In this document: in pieces, positions 36,104 through 49,832 of the stretch | Position numbering within the stretch: the first letter of the stretch is position 1 | How the letters are laid out: each line of letters starts with the position of its first letter | Source: Haliotis rubra | Lineage: Eukaryota | Direction of reading: 5' to 3' | Length of the DNA: 64,000 nt | Assembly (NCBI RefSeq): GCF_003918875.1 | Contig: NW_025764926.1 | Span: 744,001 to 808,000 of the forward strand | The notes under the pieces: model-generated | The model's database searches: none | What the model saw: the letters and a program-made list of their open reading frames with translations, nothing else | What the model was told of the DNA's origin: nothing | Translations under genes and position numbers: made by a program

Positions 36104-39100
36104 TTGCCTCGGCTCTAGTTTTCCATGTCAGTCTTAGTTATGTTTCAGTGTTTTGAAATGTTTATGGGAACATGTTATGCAGTGTGTGTGTGTGTGATTT
36201 CTGATCAGCCATTTGACAAAAATGGACTCAGAAAAAGCTAAACGTTCAATGATATCACCACAGCTGTTTCATTCATCGTAAACTTATAAGCCTGATTGGT
36301 ATACAAGTGGATGTATGTAGGGGTATCAACATTTCCCCCTGAATTTCCTCGTGGTTAGAATTGATCTGCAATGCACTCTATCATGAAGGAAACCCACCTA
36401 CTGACAACAATGGTAAGTTCTTAATCACGACTACTTTCAATATCTGTTTCCTAGATGAGAATCTATTTGAAAAATGTTTTCCATTGCCTATAAAATAACA
36501 TAATGGAGTAATATTTCCTTGTGAAAGGATTTGTAAAACGACAATCACAATGCAAGAGACTATTCGGGTTTTCTTGGATCTGAAAGAGAAACTTCCCTTT
36601 TGTACATTTCAAGTAATGTTTATTGTGGGTTTTACCGGTGGGCTGTTCTGGTGTCGAAAGACGGAAACGAACTTTGTTATGAGTCATCATCATAGAAGAG
36701 ACACATCGGGACTAGAAACGGTTAGTGGCTATCTAGTAGCTATCTAGTAGCTGAAATGAAAATATTTCAACAAAACAAAAATATTATATTTTTTTAAAAT
36801 ATAATAAATAGGGTCCCAGAGACTCTTTTCAATTTAAGTCTCTGCAGTATTCAAGACTTGCTAACTATTACAGACTTAACGTGAGTTCTCTTGGTTTCAC
36901 TGGTCTGCATGACAGATCAAAGATCCCATTCTCACGCCTCGTCAACTCTGGCCTCACATCCTGTCTTAGTTCTCGTTGTCTCTTGCAGTATTACTATTGA
37001 AGTTCCAGGCGTCTTGTTATAGAGGGACTTCTTAACCTCTGTGTGGATAAGGATGGGTCGTGAGTGAACGGGTTGAGTGAGTAAGTGAGTGAGTGAGTGA
37101 GTCACTGTAGATTTTACAAAGCCCGCAGTGTATTAGAGCTTATCAAAGAACCAGGTGTCTTCATGTAGAGAGACGTATTAACCTATGTATGGATAAATAT
37201 GCGCGAACTGGCTGAGTGAGTGAGTCAGTGTTGTTTTACCCAGCCTGCAGTGTATAAGAGGGTGCCATGTGGTGCTGGTTACCGAGATATATGTGACTGG
37301 CTGTGGAAAAAATTACTCCAGTTACGATGACACGCACTATGAAGACAGCATCAACCCACCCACTCATTTCCAGTGCTCGACGGCATTAGGTACTGGAGAC
37401 TAATTTTGTGTGAATAGCACACAAGCGTAATGGCGATGACGAACATCGTAGTACTGTAAACATTTACAGTATTTTAGGTGCGTTGAGTATTCAATAAAAT
37501 ATATGTAAAAGGGATAAGGGCACACTTGTCTAAACATGGCAGTGAAAGATAAAACCGAATAAATTTAGATTAAATAGCTTACAAGAAATAATTAACGACC
37601 TTCAGATAGGTAATGGCCATGAAAATAACGCCAGTTAAGACTTGCAGGCCTGAAGAATCATACTGGACGCGGAGGAATGTGCAAAGCTGCACAGCACGGG
37701 ACGCGCAGCGCGTCTCACTCGGACAAACTTGCAGAAACGGCGAAAGGGGGATTGGGGAATATCCGCCACGAGATGTCTCAGGTGTCAAGACAGAACTGAC
37801 CCCCTGCCTTTGTTCCCATGGCAACAGAAAAAAAGCTGCCGTCCCTCTTTTAAAATTTACTTAACCCCATTAACAAAACTTAATATTCACGACAAGAAAC
37901 ACATCGCACCAGAACGACCCGTGGTCTCAGCGCCATTCGAATAACTTGGTCCGATTGAGCATTCCGACGCCGTTCAAACCAATGTCCTACATAATGTCAT
38001 TAGTTAATATCTTGTATGCAGGGCCTACCTTTGTTCCGGTTGTATGTCGTATTTTTCTCTGTGCATCATGTTGACGAGAATTCAGGTAAAATCCACTGAA
38101 GTGTTCTGTTGATTTGTTCTCGGCAGATCCCGTCACTCGGCGAACATATTTAGACTTATACGTATATAACGCGCTCTCCTCGTCGCTGCCAGGCAAGACG
38201 GACTGCGCATGCTCCGATGATGCTGTGTTTACAGTGGTATACTTATGGCTTTGAATTTTCGAACGCTGTCGTGATTGTTTAGTGTTCCTGACAGCACTTT
38301 TGTCAGAAAGGAGCCAGACTTATAAATCGGTTATATCTATTCGAAAACAAAGCATGTTATAAGTCTGGTTTTTGTTAGTTTTTGTAGTGTTAAGTAGTTT
38401 CAAATACTTTTTTATCACACACATTCAATCGCTTACAAAAATACGATACATAATTCGACAACGGTATTTGAACTTGTTATCAGTCTTCGTTTCGTAGGGC
38501 GTTATAGTGAGGTATCCGTATAGCCCGCTGAGACAGTCCCTGTATTTTCTGTCTGATGTTACGCTACCGTGTGTTGATGTATACTGCACAAACGTGACGA
38601 CCAGCTGGCAAAGGGGGCATATCAAAAATATTATATACTTTTTTCAGTTATGAGTTGAAAGACTTCTTTATTTTCTAGGCATGTAATAACGTTGTTTTAT
38701 ATTTTTATATTATATTCTTTCACAAAAATATTTGAAAAGTGTATATTCTAGCCACAATCGAACTGTTTTCGATAGGCATCAATAAAATAACATCATTTGT
38801 GAACACTATGTGTACATGTCGCAATATCGAGGTAGAGCTTCGCGATTGTTGAAAATTGCAACTGAAATATAGCTCGCAAAGTTAAGATAAGTTTATCATA
38901 GGTCCCATTATTAGACGTGGCTTTGAGGTACACGTGTTGGTTCCGCCATATGCTCGCCGCAAATAGCAGGAAGATTGCTGATGCGACGTAAAGCAATATT
39001 CATTACAACCCCAAGCGTCATGGACCCAACTCACTCACACCAACCACCAACCCGAGGTGAAGACATCACGCCGAATCACTTGAGAATACTGGTATCTGAT

Positions 39101-39356
39101 CGGGTCAAAAGGATTGAATCAAATCCTGGAAGATTTGGTCTGTGTAATCTTAACGTCTAGAAGTATGAATTAGGGGAAAAGATCGGACTTCATTGAGACT
39201 GTAGTATGCACTGAGGCTGACCAACGATTTGGCCTGTGTTTCAGTTATACCGTGATCCGTCAGTTGGCTATGGGAGGTAAAAGGTAAACAGTACGTACAT
39301 TTTAGCACAACACTCGGTATGGTGCTGGCAAGCATTGGACACAAGTCTGCATAGTC

Positions 39357-39513
39357 TGGGGTGGTGGGGTAGCCTAGTGGTAAAAGCGTCGCTCGTCACG
39401 CCGAAGATCCGGGTTCGATTCATTGGTACGATGTGCGAAGCCCATTTCTGGTGACCCCGCCGTGATATTGCTGTGATATTGCTTAAAGCGGCGTAAAACT
39501 AAAGTCACTCACG
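39357..39513 (+). mobile_element. SINE-A copy
   Basis: Consensus match; TSD ctgcat(a/t)gtctg. Confidence 0.85.
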
Positions 39514-39644
39514 CTGCATTGTCTGCCTCCCAGACCTCAGAGGATAAATTATGGAGCCTAACTCAAGCCAAGAATGATCTAGGCAGGTGCATATTATTAA
39601 TAATGTCGGCTGGCCAGGACCTTAGAAATATACCTATGATTATC

Positions 39645-39646
<2 letters not shown>

Positions 39647-39676
<30 letters not shown>

Positions 39677-39685
39677 CATACATAC
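39647..39685. repeat. (TACA)n microsatellite
   Basis: Direct reading. Confidence 0.95.
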
Positions 39686-40399
39686 GGCGTGACATCATCT
39701 CTTTACCAATATATATATAGCAATGATACCATGTAATTCACTCACTAATACAGCGTATTGTGCTGGATTAATCATTCGGGAAGCGGTAAATCGTCCAGCT
39801 GTTTTTTCTATGGTCCCCGAGGCGTGGCAGTCTCCACAGTGTTCCCGGCATGAAGGGTTGGGTGAAGGAAACACGCTGCAGAATGTCGCCCTGTGTTTGA
39901 CTCATGTTTTACTCTGGAATGCAGAGCAGGGAAAGAAGTGGCTCGACTGTTAACACACGAACACTGTTGTGTACCTAGCTTGAATCGACAGGCTGACCCC
40001 AGTAACTGAATCCTCTCCATCATTAGCACCGTGGCCTGTCTCGGTCGACAGTGATGGACTTCCGACATAGACCGTGTGGCGTGCCAGGGGGAAGGGGCAT
40101 ATGGCATGGTCCCCGGGGACTCTGTGTGTGTGTGTGGTGGGGTGGGGGTGGGGGTTGAACTGAGGAGGGGCGGGGGTAGGGTGCTGGAAGACGATGAGAC
40201 AGACAGACAGAGAGTGGTGTGGTGGAGATGCTTTTCAGTGAGCAATATTCCAATGCCATCGATTAACAATAAATATCACCCATATCGACTAACTGAGTAT
40301 CAGCAAAGTTTGTTGCAGGTATAGGTGATATTTCTTGTCGCCCATGACGAACTAACAAGGCTATCACGGTTTCCAGGTCATGCAAGCAAAGATAATTTG

Positions 40400-41000
40400 A
40401 TTGGTCAAGTCATCCATAAATGTCGAGAAGTATGTATTTCATTGTAAAAACAAAGCCCATAGTTCACATTTCTCAAAACTATGGTTATGTAATCATAAAC
40501 TCAAACTTGAAACTGGTAGATATACAAAACCTGCAACCCCATTAGAACATCGTCTCTATGAAATGTGTAATGCCTTAGACGATGAGCAACACCATGTAAT
40601 ATCCTGTATAGAGTATATCAAACAAAGAGAATCACTTCCACAAACAATCCTTAATCATGATCAAGAATTCCCTACACTTTGCATAAATGAACAATTCATA
40701 ACAACTGTCACAAACAGAAGCCTAGAAACAATTTCCAAAATATGTCATCATATTTACAAGTTTAAATGAATTCTGTGTATTACGATAGTCTCCTCTTATT
40801 GTTTCCATGTCATTATACTATACTTATGATTTGTGAAATTGTTATAATGTACATCATTTATATGTTGAAATGTATCTGTGTATTTCTATATCTTTGTACC
40901 TACTGTTTTTATGTTTGTAGTTTATAGAATATTGCCAGTGTTCTTTCATGTAATACTATGCAATAAATATCGTGTCTTGTCTTGTCTTGTCTTGTCTTGT
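40400..41000 (+). mobile_element. LINE ORF2 C-terminal fragment plus 3' UTR
   Basis: KL..NHKL.LETGRY....R...C...DDE.H....C..Y motif typical of non-LTR ORF2 ends; AATAAA and (CTTGT)n tail. Confidence 0.8.
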
Positions 41001-41520
41001 GTTTCAGATTAGAGTGGAGTTGGTAGAGGTAGAGTTCCAGTTTAGGAAATATGAAAGTTTAACCTGATATCGAAAGAAACACCACGTAAGACGGGACATG
41101 CATAGGCAACATGCAAAATGTACTTACACTGACGACGAAATCAGACTGTGTCAATGTAAGTATCAGACTTGACAAACAGAGACAAAAGGTTATTCTAGAT
41201 GTATCGTTCATAAGTAGAAGGAATCGATAGGGAATTGTCGTGGCAGCGAAAACAAAAAGGAGAGGTTAAATGGGGTTCAGCCACGTGTATATCGCACAAG
41301 CTCAGGGTTTGAATCAGAGACGATAAATGTCTGTCTACGACCTCCATCCTTTTAAGATTACCTTCTACATGAAAATGACACATCGTGAAATAATTTAAAT
41401 ACTCTTAAAAACGGCGTTGAACTCACTCACTCACTCACTCATCAGGGATGGCCATTTAACCAGTTTTAGACATGGGAACATAGTCTGAGGGTACACGGAC
41501 TCCACGATAATGTGCGGAAT

Positions 41521-41694
41521 AGAGTTTTATGAATGTCAACTTCATTATTATGAGGAACACAACGTTTCGGACTATATATCCTTACTCCTTCATGACTCAC
41601 CTGATGAAGGAGTAACGATATACTCCGAAAGAAGTTGACATCCATAAAAACTCTCTTCCTTATGTGTATCACTTCTAAATTCCATTCACATGCC
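41521..41694. mobile_element. Second palindromic Penelope-like hammerhead element (deleted)
   Basis: CAC-CTGATGA-A-GGAGTA..TACTCC-GAAA at 41598-41630; inverted arm 41521-41593 with GAAACGTTGTG; shares gaagtt...tccataaaaa and acttctaaat motifs with the 22.5-kb element. Confidence 0.75.
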
Positions 41695-42568
41695 ATTACT
41701 CAAATGAGCTTAAATGAATACGGTTTTTATATTTATGTTTGGCATAAATGTATGTATATTCATTTAAATCACTATCATTTTACAACTCTTTACAGTGGAC
41801 TTTTTACCGTTTTTCTTCAAACATCTTCAGGCGCCGCTATGCAAACTTTACTTTCACAAGGAAATATTTAACTGAAGCGTGGAGAGGCATTTGATTCGTT
41901 TAAAATTTAATTCAATTTGTTTAGAATCAATTTGTACATAAATGCATGTTGATGTATATAAAATTAAATATGCATTTACTAGCTCGGGCGACTTTTTGCC
42001 TCAAGTGCATTACCTATGTACTGCTGGGGTCATTACAACAGCGTCTTTCAAAAAGGCTAAATGTGGCGTATTTTACGAGTGCTTCTATACTTGTCATGAT
42101 CACCACAGATGAATCTTATCACAAACATGGGTTTCTGAAGATCATTTCTAACCGCACGACAAGCTTTCGCTGGTTTGACACGTTTCATTTTAACAAAACG
42201 TCAAGCATAAATAGTAAATGCGCATCACATAAGTTGACAGTTCAGTATAAACGGTCAAAAGCACATTATGATCTCCAAATGTTTTTGTGCACAACTTGTA
42301 ATTCACGTTCCCTTGACGACGAGTTTAACATCCTCTTGGAGCAGAGAAATGTTTACAGCCTTATTATTATAGTAACCCTTTCATGGATAAAAAAATTATT
42401 ATTATAGTAACCCTTTCATGGATAAAAAAATTATACCAGCTGATGTCATCAACAATTCCTTCAGTTATCAAAAATGTATATTTGTTTTTTAAAAGAAATC
42501 GTTCAAGACGAACTGTATAACTACAACTACAGAAGCAGTGCACGTTGCTTCCAGCAATATAGTTAATA

Positions 42569-42906
42569 GGTGAGGTGAGGTGAAATTGGGTTTAATGTCG
42601 TGCCTGAGAATATTTCGCTCATATGACGACGTGCATGCGTGTGTATGTGTATGTGCAGCTGCTTGTACTAGCCCAGACTTAAGCTGGTTTCATAGTGCTA
42701 GCTCAGTGAAGCATGAATACCCCACTCAGACACATTATACTGACTCCGAGCCGACCAGTCCTTGTTGTACCCATTAATGCCGAGCGCCAGGCAGGGACCA
42801 ACAAGTACCATACTTTAACGTCTTTTGGTATGACGCGGTCGGGGATCGAACCCGCGACCTTCCGCTCTCCGGGCGGACGTTCTAATCACTACACCACGGA
42901 GGCGGC
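42569..42906 (-). mobile_element. SINE-C, tRNA-derived with a Meta-domain-like central block
   Basis: A/B boxes, gtcataccaaaagacgttaaa...ggtacttg block, (CACCT)n tail, 14-bp TSD caatatagttaata. Confidence 0.85.
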
Positions 42907-43477
42907 CAATATAGTTAATATACACAACAAATAGGCTTATCAGCTTAAGTAGACTACGGGGTGAACATTCCGGGGTTACATAGTGAACTACAGCATAGAT
43001 AATATATGAGGCGTTATAGACGTCGTCGTGACAGCTCGATAACCGAGATAAAAACAACCCTCCTGAGCTAAGTTCAACTTTCAGTTGTAAACAATATGGT
43101 TTTGCAATCTGAGAGCAGAATCGTGTTTGATTATGTCAAAACATTTCATTTTTCAACCGTTATACACTTCCATCCCATACGACAGATTTTTGGGGACACT
43201 TCCGAACATATACTTTTATTGTTTTATAAATTGTCCTGATAGAGACTGGTCTGGTATTCATGCACGCTTAGGACTATGTAATGGAGTCTTGTTGATAAAG
43301 CGTTGAATGGTCACGCCGAAGACCTGGTTCGATTCCAAAAAGGCGTGCAAAGTTTGAAGTACATTGTTTCTGTACTTTGCCGTGACTTATTGCTAAAGGT
43401 GGCATAAAACCATACTCCCTCACTCACTCACGAGTAATAAATGCCAATGGTATCGTCTGACGTCCAAACGAAAAAAG

Positions 43478-43715
43478 ACTCGTGAAGATCCGGATTAGAA
43501 TTGGTCTTCATTAACCCATGCTTGTCGTAATATATAAGAAGCGACTAACGGGATCGAGTGGTCAGGCTCGCTGACTCGGTACACACATGTCATCGTAATT
43601 TCGTAGATTGAATTGATCACTGGATTGTCTGGTCCAGACTCGATTATTTACAGACCGCCGCTATGTAGCTGGAATATTTCCGGGTGCGGCGTTAAACAAC
43701 GACCAACCAACCAAA
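43478..43715 (+). mobile_element. SINE-B copy
   Basis: Consensus match; ccaaacg-type flanking direct repeat. Confidence 0.85.
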
Positions 43716-44632
43716 CGGGAAAATAATCGTTCCAACTGCGGCATCGTTTTTCATCAAGTCGTCACCCTTGCACATTCGAAATTCCCTTCCTCGTCAAGCC
43801 GACGGGCCATTCTGCTATAGCTGGAACACAGTTGAAAGCTCGGTTAACCTCAACTCACTCAACAGGTATGGCCGGTTAACATTTCTAGCCGAGTGACAGG
43901 TAGATATATGGAGGATTAAATTTCACCCATATAGTTGGAGAGTGTGTTTAGTCCGCTAAATGTTCATACAACAGTATCGGCACAGTGTTGTTCAGATCGA
44001 GCAGGGATAATCTACAACATAGTCTCCCTGTTTAGAGTGAATGAGAATGGTTTTACGCCGCTTTGAGCAATATTCCAGTAATATCAAGGCTATCGGTACA
44101 GGTGTAGTTTACACAAGCTCGCCTGTCCCGAGTCCACAATCGAACTTGCTGTATATAATAACGCAAAACAATATAGAGAACATATCGAAATGCTTGCATT
44201 AGGCGAGTCGGTTCAGATTTCAGAAAAAGCGCATCAGTTTAATGAGTTTAACAAACAGAAAAAGGTTCCGTCACGTGTTTTGCAAATGATCATGTGGCAG
44301 TCGTGAAATGCTAAGTCATCCCTGAGTGCAGGTACAAGAGAGGCGAGAATCCTCGCGTGTTTCCGGACGTCTTTACGGACACACACGAGATGAATCGATG
44401 TTGAGACTGGGCTCTAGCTCTATTTACATTACATTCGCAGCGCAAACGGGACGTAGAACCATATTTGACACGAGTAGTTACGGAGGCAGTAATCTTCGAT
44501 TCAATGCTCTGCACTCGACTAATCACAGGAACGTCGAAAGTGCACACATTGTTTACGCCCATTTCACAGTTCAGAAGTTGTGACAACATTCAAGTTGCTG
44601 GTGCCCGACTTGCCAAGTGTTCTAGCTACGCC

Positions 44633-44657
44633 ATGTCCCTCAAGTCACACTCCAAAG
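44633..44657 (+). CDS. GSTO: Omega-class GST exon 1 (MSLKSHSK-G)
   Basis: GCCATG start, GTAAG donor, phase 1 joins G+GG to GSPYP in exon 2; resembles omega GST N-termini. Confidence 0.8.
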
Positions 44658-45685
44658 GTAAGATTATTTCCACGACGCCGGGCGAAGTGTGTTCAGTTCA
44701 GTGTCAACTACTTTCACCAAGTTTCTAGGACACAGACTGTCACTGTCAGCCCCTTTCATGTCTTTGCTAGGAGTTCCCTCCGTTCCCCCAACCCTAAACC
44801 CAACTCTAAACCTGACCCTAAAAATAACCCTGACCCTAACTTAAATTTTGGACGTTTAGTCATTTTTGTTAGTCCTCTAGTAATTGTTGTGTTAAGTTTT
44901 GTTTATAATTTTAGAATATATTAATTTATAAATACTATTTGGGATGTGGAGGAACGGGAGGAACTCTTACCCTTTGGTATATGATGTCTGTCATGTTAAT
45001 TACACAAAATTCTGGTTTTGTGGATGTGTCGGGAAACCAAATGTATTTTTCATTTTAAACTTCGTCCACGAATTGCTGTCCTTCAAGTGAATGTTTTGCC
45101 GTTCTGTTATGTGAACTTTCATTAGTTGTATACATTTATGGTAGAGTGCGTACCTACAAAACTAGGTTGAATATCTCAATTCAACAAATCTGTCTGAAAT
45201 ATATGCTCATTAATTTTCAGTTTGACCAAGGTAAACACTTCAATATCTTGGTTGTACTGTGATTACAATCCTCAGCATTGAATTTTTTTCATTTTACATG
45301 TAAAGTCTACTCATATCAGGTCATTAATGTTTGCTGAGTCATTGTAATGTACTGGAGTCTCATAAATTTTACTGTAGTCACACACAAGCTGTTGCAGTGA
45401 TTGTTACTCTGAAGGGTTTGATTCGCTACTATGACTGGGGCCAGATGATTTGTTTCTCAATAAAATATATTGCAAAATTTCTCCATAATGAAAATACATG
45501 AACATGAACATCTGTAGCAGTAACACTGATAGGGAAATTCTGCCTATTGGCTTTCGAATTTCACATTAGGAGTTGTATCACAGTAGTGTTGAATTATACA
45601 TGTTTCTGATTCATGACACAGCTGAACCATTACCAATTTGACTGTCTCGTGGGTATTAAACAAAGTGCCATGTCTTTGTCCCCAG

Positions 45686-45792
45686 GGTCTCCCTACCCTA
45701 GCCTGTCTCCAGGGACGCTGAGGATCTACAGCATGAGATTCTGTCCATATGCCCAGAGGACCCCGTCTAGTGCTGGAGCACAAGAAGATACC
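45686..45792 (+). CDS. GSTO: Omega-class GST exon 2 with active site (LRIYSMRFCPYAQR); extra C at 45761-45764 breaks the frame
   Basis: YSMRFCPYAQR motif; removing one C gives TRLVLEHKKIP and the correct phase 2 at the GTGAGT donor. Confidence 0.92.
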
Positions 45793-45835
45793 GTGAGTGG
45801 AAACGCCAGCTAAAACATTCCCCATTTATTCCACT

Positions 45836-46715
45836 GAAACACTGACAACAGTAAACATTTCCACCAAGGCACTGACAACAGTAAACATTGCCACTAAGGA
45901 CTGACAACAGTAAACATTACTGCCACTAAGGCACTGACAACAGTAAACACTGCCAGTAAGGCACTGACAACAGTAAACATTGCCAGTAAGGGCACTGACA
46001 ACAGTAAACATTGCCAGTAAGGCTCTGACAACAGTAAACATTGCCACTAAGGCACTGACAACAGTAAACATATAACATTGTATTATTATGAAACTTATCT
46101 ATACATGTTTGCCAGTACATGAAATATGGAAAATAAAACCAACCAACCCCCAAAAAAAACCACAGTAAACATTGCCAGTAAGGCACTGACAACAGTAAAC
46201 ATTGCCAGTAAGGCACTGACAACAGTAAACATTGCCACTAAGGCACTGACAACAGTAAACACTGCCACTAAGGCACTGACAGAAGTAAACATTGCCACTA
46301 AGGCACTGACAACAGTAAACATTGCCACTAAGGCACTGACAACAGTAAACATTGCCAGTAAGGCCCTGACAAAGTAAACATTGCCACTAAGGCCCTGACA
46401 AAGGTAAACATTGCCACTAAGGCACTGACAACAGTAAACACTGCCACTAAGGCACTGACAGCAGTAAACATTGCCACTAAGGCACTGACAACAGTAAACA
46501 TTACCACTAAGGCACTGACAACAGTAAACATTTGCCACTAAGGCCCTGACAAAGGTAAACATTGCCACTAAGGCACTGACAACAGTAAACATTGCCACTA
46601 AGGCACTGACATCAGTAAACATTACCACTAAGGCACTGACATCAGTAAACATTACCACTAAGGCACTGACAACAGTAAACATTGCCACTAAGGCACTCAC
46701 ATCAGTAAACACTGC
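45836..46715. repeat. 30-bp minisatellite in GSTO intron 2 (aaggcactgacaacagtaaacattgccact)
   Basis: About 26 units with one non-repeat interruption (46072-46160). Confidence 0.95.
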
Positions 46716-47175
46716 CAGAGGCCCAGATAAGCTGCGTATCCGGGTAAAATTCGCATAGAAAATTTCCAATTACGCATTGAAAATGTTAGATACGCAAAAA
46801 GTTTAAAACAAATGTGTACGGAATATATTTATAGAAATCGCTTGCGTAATGAAAAATACATCGATTGCTATCAAGTCGTACTGTTAGTATAGGATAAGTG
46901 TTGTACTGTCAGTACAGGATGAGTGATTTTTTATGAAATCATTTCCATTATATTTAAGTTGGTTTTGATTAGGTATGACATAACTCAGAACATACCTGCT
47001 TAGTAAACTTACTCAATGACATAATACTTAGGTGCGTAAAATGACTGAAATACTCACATATTTGAAAGCAGTGCGTAACGGAAAATGAAATAACCACTCA
47101 ACATTCATAATACCCACTCCAAAAAAATACAGTGGGTACAGTACGCACATGAGCTAAATCTTATCAGGAGCTCTT
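46716..47175. mobile_element. hAT-like MITE inserted in the 30-bp minisatellite
   Basis: Imperfect TIR agaggcccagataag / cttatcaggagctct; repeat units resume after it. Confidence 0.55.
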
Positions 47176-47543
47176 ACTGCCACTAAGGCACTGACAACGG
47201 TAAACATTCCCAATAATTCACTGAAAACAGGAAACATTCCTAGTAAGGCACTGACAACAATAGTGAACACAGCAGCTGCGTCAGTGGTAACATTTAGTAG
47301 TCCCACTTAAACAACTAAAACACTGACCTACTGACAACATTAAGCATACTCATTGGCAATGGCACAGACAACATGAAACAACGTACCCTTAAGAAGAAGT
47401 TTTGTAATATTGTTGAGTCAGTAAACTCCAGCCACTGACAACAGCCACTGGCAGTTTTACATCATACACCACAGAATAAACCATTTAGTATTGTTGGTGG
47501 TGCATGCCTGTGTAGCTGATGATGCATGTGTCATTGTTTGCAG

Positions 47544-47763
47544 GTACGAGACAATTAACGTGGACTTGAAGAAAAAGCCAGACTGGTTTCTGGAGCGAAA
47601 TCCCATCGGCCTGGTGCCGGTGCTGGAGAAGGGTGACCAGGTGGTGTACGAGTCGCTAGTCTGTGATGACTACCTGGACCAAGTCTACCCAGACATTCCT
47701 CTCTACCCTCAGGATCCCTACCAGAGGGCAAGGGATAGGATTCTGTCAGACACCTCCTCACAG
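47544..47763 (+). CDS. GSTO: Omega-class GST exon 3 (YETINVDLKKKPDWFLERNPIGLVPVLE...YESLVCDDYLD)
   Basis: KP.WF, NP.G.VP.L and ES motifs; CAG/GTAAAT boundaries. Confidence 0.95.
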
Positions 47764-48066
47764 GTAAATATTACAGTTTGTGACTCGTCCAAACCCTGAT
47801 CTACTGAAAGTAATGCCACAATGCAAAGCAGGGAAATTTACTGCTGTATCATCACTGAATTATCATGGGATTCACACAGTTGCTCTATAAATGGCCTGTA
47901 AGGCACTCGCCCAGCCACCACTTCATCTCTGAAAGAGTTAACCTTACAGACATTCTTCATCACACTCCTTGAACACAAACCTATTTCTGGTAGTCCATGT
48001 CGTGATATTGCTGGAATATTGCTAAAGGTAGCATAAAACCATAGTCACTCACTCACTCACTTGTGA

Positions 48067-48790
48067 ACTCATGAAAGATCAACCAGGACCAGTGGCAAGT
48101 TTGGACCTGAAAGACTCTCATCTCCATGTCCAGATACAGTCAGAGTAGCGGCATTCTATCCAGTTCACTTTTAAATGTCCACACTACCTCTGTTGGGTCC
48201 TGCCATTTGGCATTTCCTCAACCACAAACTGAGGGCTTCTCAAGGGAAGTGGCACAGTCTATCATAGCTCCTTATTACACATCCATCACCATTTTATGAC
48301 AATAGATGGAAGGTTTTCAACGATTGTTCTTTGTCCAAACCTACAAACTCTATGATCAGTCTGAAAAATTCCAACCACTAGAATCGGATCTAAGCTTGGT
48401 GTTACAGCATTTGTCTTCAGAGGAATATGAGTCTCTTCAGAATCAGAGCTTGGATAAGATGGCTTTAAGGATAGTCTTCTTATTATCCCTAGCCACAGCA
48501 CCAAGGATCATTGACATTAATGCTCTGGGCACCGTTCCTCAAAGCGATCGTAGCCCTAAGACGATTGGAACTCCCATACTTCAACATAGACTTACGACAG
48601 TGGTAGCACTACGGTCTGATGGATGCTAATCAGGATTACTTAGGACGGTTGACATAGCACAGTCCATATAGGTCCTCCTAGATGGGATTTTATTTTCTAG
48701 ATTCAGCTACCACATACCATACCACATAGGCTGTGTCCTTATTCTATCCACTTGCCTCATCCAGATCATGATCAGTAGCATCCCCATGGT
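48067..48790 (+). mobile_element. DIRS-like tyrosine-recombinase retrotransposon remnant in GSTO intron 3
   Basis: RT-like ASLDLKDSHLHVQI (about 48087-48130) and YR-like DLSLVLQHLS...RIVFLLSLATAPRIIDINAL (48306-48530); internally deleted. Confidence 0.75.
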
Positions 48791-48819
48791 CAATAGCAGA
48801 GGCCGGCAAATCCAAGTTC

Positions 48820-49832
48820 TCAACTCTTCCATTTATGAACATTTACTCATTAGTTACCCTCAACTCTTGTGTTTATGGAGGTACCAGTATACTCCCCTCA
48901 ACTCTTGTGTTTATGGAGGTATACTCCTTAGTTACCCACAACTCTTGTGTTTATGGAGGTTTACTCCTTAGTTACCCTCAACTCTTGTGTTTATGGAGGT
49001 ACTGGTATACTCCCCTCAACTCTTGTGTTTATGGGGGTATACTCCTTAGTTACCCTCAACTCTTGCCTTTATGGAGGTTTACTCCTTAGTTACCCTCAAC
49101 TCTTGTGTTTATGGAGGTTTACTCCTTAGTTACCCTCAACTCTTGCCTTTATGGAGGTTTACTCCTTAGTTACCCTCAACTCTTGCCTTTATGGAGGTTT
49201 ACTCCTTAGTTACCCTCAACTCTTGTGTTTATGGAGGTTTACTCCTTAGTTACCCACAACTCTTGTGTTTATGGAGGTTTACTCCTTAGTTACCCTCAAC
49301 TCTTGTGTTTATGGAGGTACTGGTATACTCCCCTCAACTCTTGTGTTTATGGAGGTATACTCCTTAGTTACCCTCAACTCTTGCCTTTATGGAGGTTTAC
49401 TCTTTAGTTACCCTCAACTCTTGTGTTTATGGAGGTTTACTCCTTAGTTACCCACAACTCTTGTGTTTATGGAGGTTTACTCCTTAGTTACCCTCAACTC
49501 TTGTGTTTATGGAGGTACTGGTATACTCCCCTCAACTCTTGTGTTTATGGAGGTATACTCCTTAGTTACCCTCAACTCTTGCCTTTATGGAGGTTTACTC
49601 CTTAGTTACCCTCAACTCTTGTGTTTATGGAGGTACTGGTATACTCCCCTCAACTCTTGTGTTTATGGAGGTATACTCCTTAGTTACCCTCAACTCTTGT
49701 GTTTATGGAGGTTTACTCCTTAGTTACCCTCAACTCTTGTGTTTATGGAGGTTTACTCCTTAGTTACCCTCAACTCTTGTGTTTATGGAGGTATACTCCT
49801 TAGTTACCCTCAACTCTTGTGTTTATGGAGGC
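48820..49832. repeat. 40/38-bp minisatellite in GSTO intron 3 (actcttgtgtttatggaggtttactccttagttaccctca)
   Basis: About 25 units. Confidence 0.95.

Noticed and set aside
44780-44842. Telomere-like (accctaa) tract
   Set aside because: Short and degenerate; it lies inside a small TIR-bounded element (about 44749-44968), not a telomeric array.
45826-46769. Hydrophobic or Cys-rich repetitive ORFs
   Set aside because: Products of the 30-bp minisatellite.
48820-49832. CRISPR-like regular repeats
   Set aside because: No unique spacers, no cas genes, eukaryotic intron.
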